Source of the DNA: Phoronis australis
Lineage: Eukaryota; Animalia; Phoronida
NCBI GenBank assembly: GCA_002633005.1
Contig: NMRA01000370.1
Span: 124,001-188,000 of the forward strand
Direction: 5' to 3'
Length of the DNA stretch: 64,000 nucleotides
Made by a program: the position numbers and the translations under genes. The stretch's first letter is position 1. Each line of letters opens with the position of its first letter. Positions 63,322 to 64,000 of the stretch are shown piece after piece. Below the pieces are notes generated by a model. That model had not been told where the DNA came from. It searched no databases and worked only from the letters and a program-made list of their open reading frames with translations.

Positions 63322-63326
63322 TTTTT
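63322..63326 (+). terminator. Pol III terminator (T5)
   Basis: TTTTT starts 5 nt after the tRNA discriminator base. Confidence 0.8.
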
Positions 63327-64000
63327 CTTGGTGCAACCTGTTTTAAAAAATTGAAACATACAAAAACATTATCAGTATATTTGTGTCTAACTAACAAATG
63401 ATAAGCATAAAAATAAATACAAATTGAACAACTGCTAAAAGTTATCGTACTGTTTGCGGTACGCAAATCGGGTGAGAATCGTAACGTCTCTGTTGTACAC
63501 AAGAGATCTTTTTGCGCATTTAAAAGATGAACCTTGAATTTTTTTAACAAAATTCTCATTTTTATTGTTTTTGAACCCAGACATCGAAACAATCGCATGA
63601 TGGCCTGCCAAAGTCTCCCATTTATTAGGACATATCATTGTTACCTGATCAAAATTTTGGTGCTCGCTGGTCCCCTACGTGCCTCAAGCCAGCTTGCTGG
63701 CTACTGACCACCTAGCGGCACGCTGGCAACCAGCGAGAATTTTGGTGTTGCTCTCTGCCAATCTAAATAATTTTTGAAATTTGAATCACAATTGAAAATT
63801 CCATGTCCTGTCTAAACCATAAAACTTTGACGGCCAATATTACTTGGTTTGCGGTCGTGTCGCCGTGGAACACAAAACTCTAGTCCTGGGTAGAGTTCAG
63901 TAATGTTTAGACCTACGTTAGGACCTTGCTAAAAATCAAGACTTCGCGAGATTTCATGAGATATTGTCCTGAATTTTGAATGAGAACACGTGGATTTTTT

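Overview
AT-rich, intron-rich animal (invertebrate-like) genomic DNA, not prokaryotic. Four genes can be supported. (1) An intronless-CDS rhodopsin-class peptide GPCR of the FMRFamide-receptor-like group (1865-3097, minus). (2) The last five coding exons of GTF3C1, the B-box-binding subunit of TFIIIC (38031-44724, plus). No earlier GTF3C1 exon was recognised in 1-38030, so the GPCR probably sits antisense inside a very large GTF3C1 intron. (3) A complete 15-exon PUS7/TruD pseudouridine synthase gene (62993-47935, minus, 644 aa after manual splicing), convergent with GTF3C1. (4) An intron-containing tRNA-Leu(CAA) gene (63201-63317, plus), 207 bp head-to-head with the PUS7 start codon. The rest is non-coding DNA rich in non-autonomous DNA transposons (hAT-, Harbinger-, Tc1/mariner-, P- and Helentron-like), one decayed hAT transposase, a LINE 3' end, tRNA-derived SINE heads, minisatellites and one likely assembly duplication at an N. 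Most short ORFs in the track are spurious. The most notable features are the GTF3C1-PUS7-tRNA cluster, the probable nested GPCR, and a uORF whose stop overlaps the GPCR start (TAATG). Family assignments rest on motifs recalled from memory, not on database searches.
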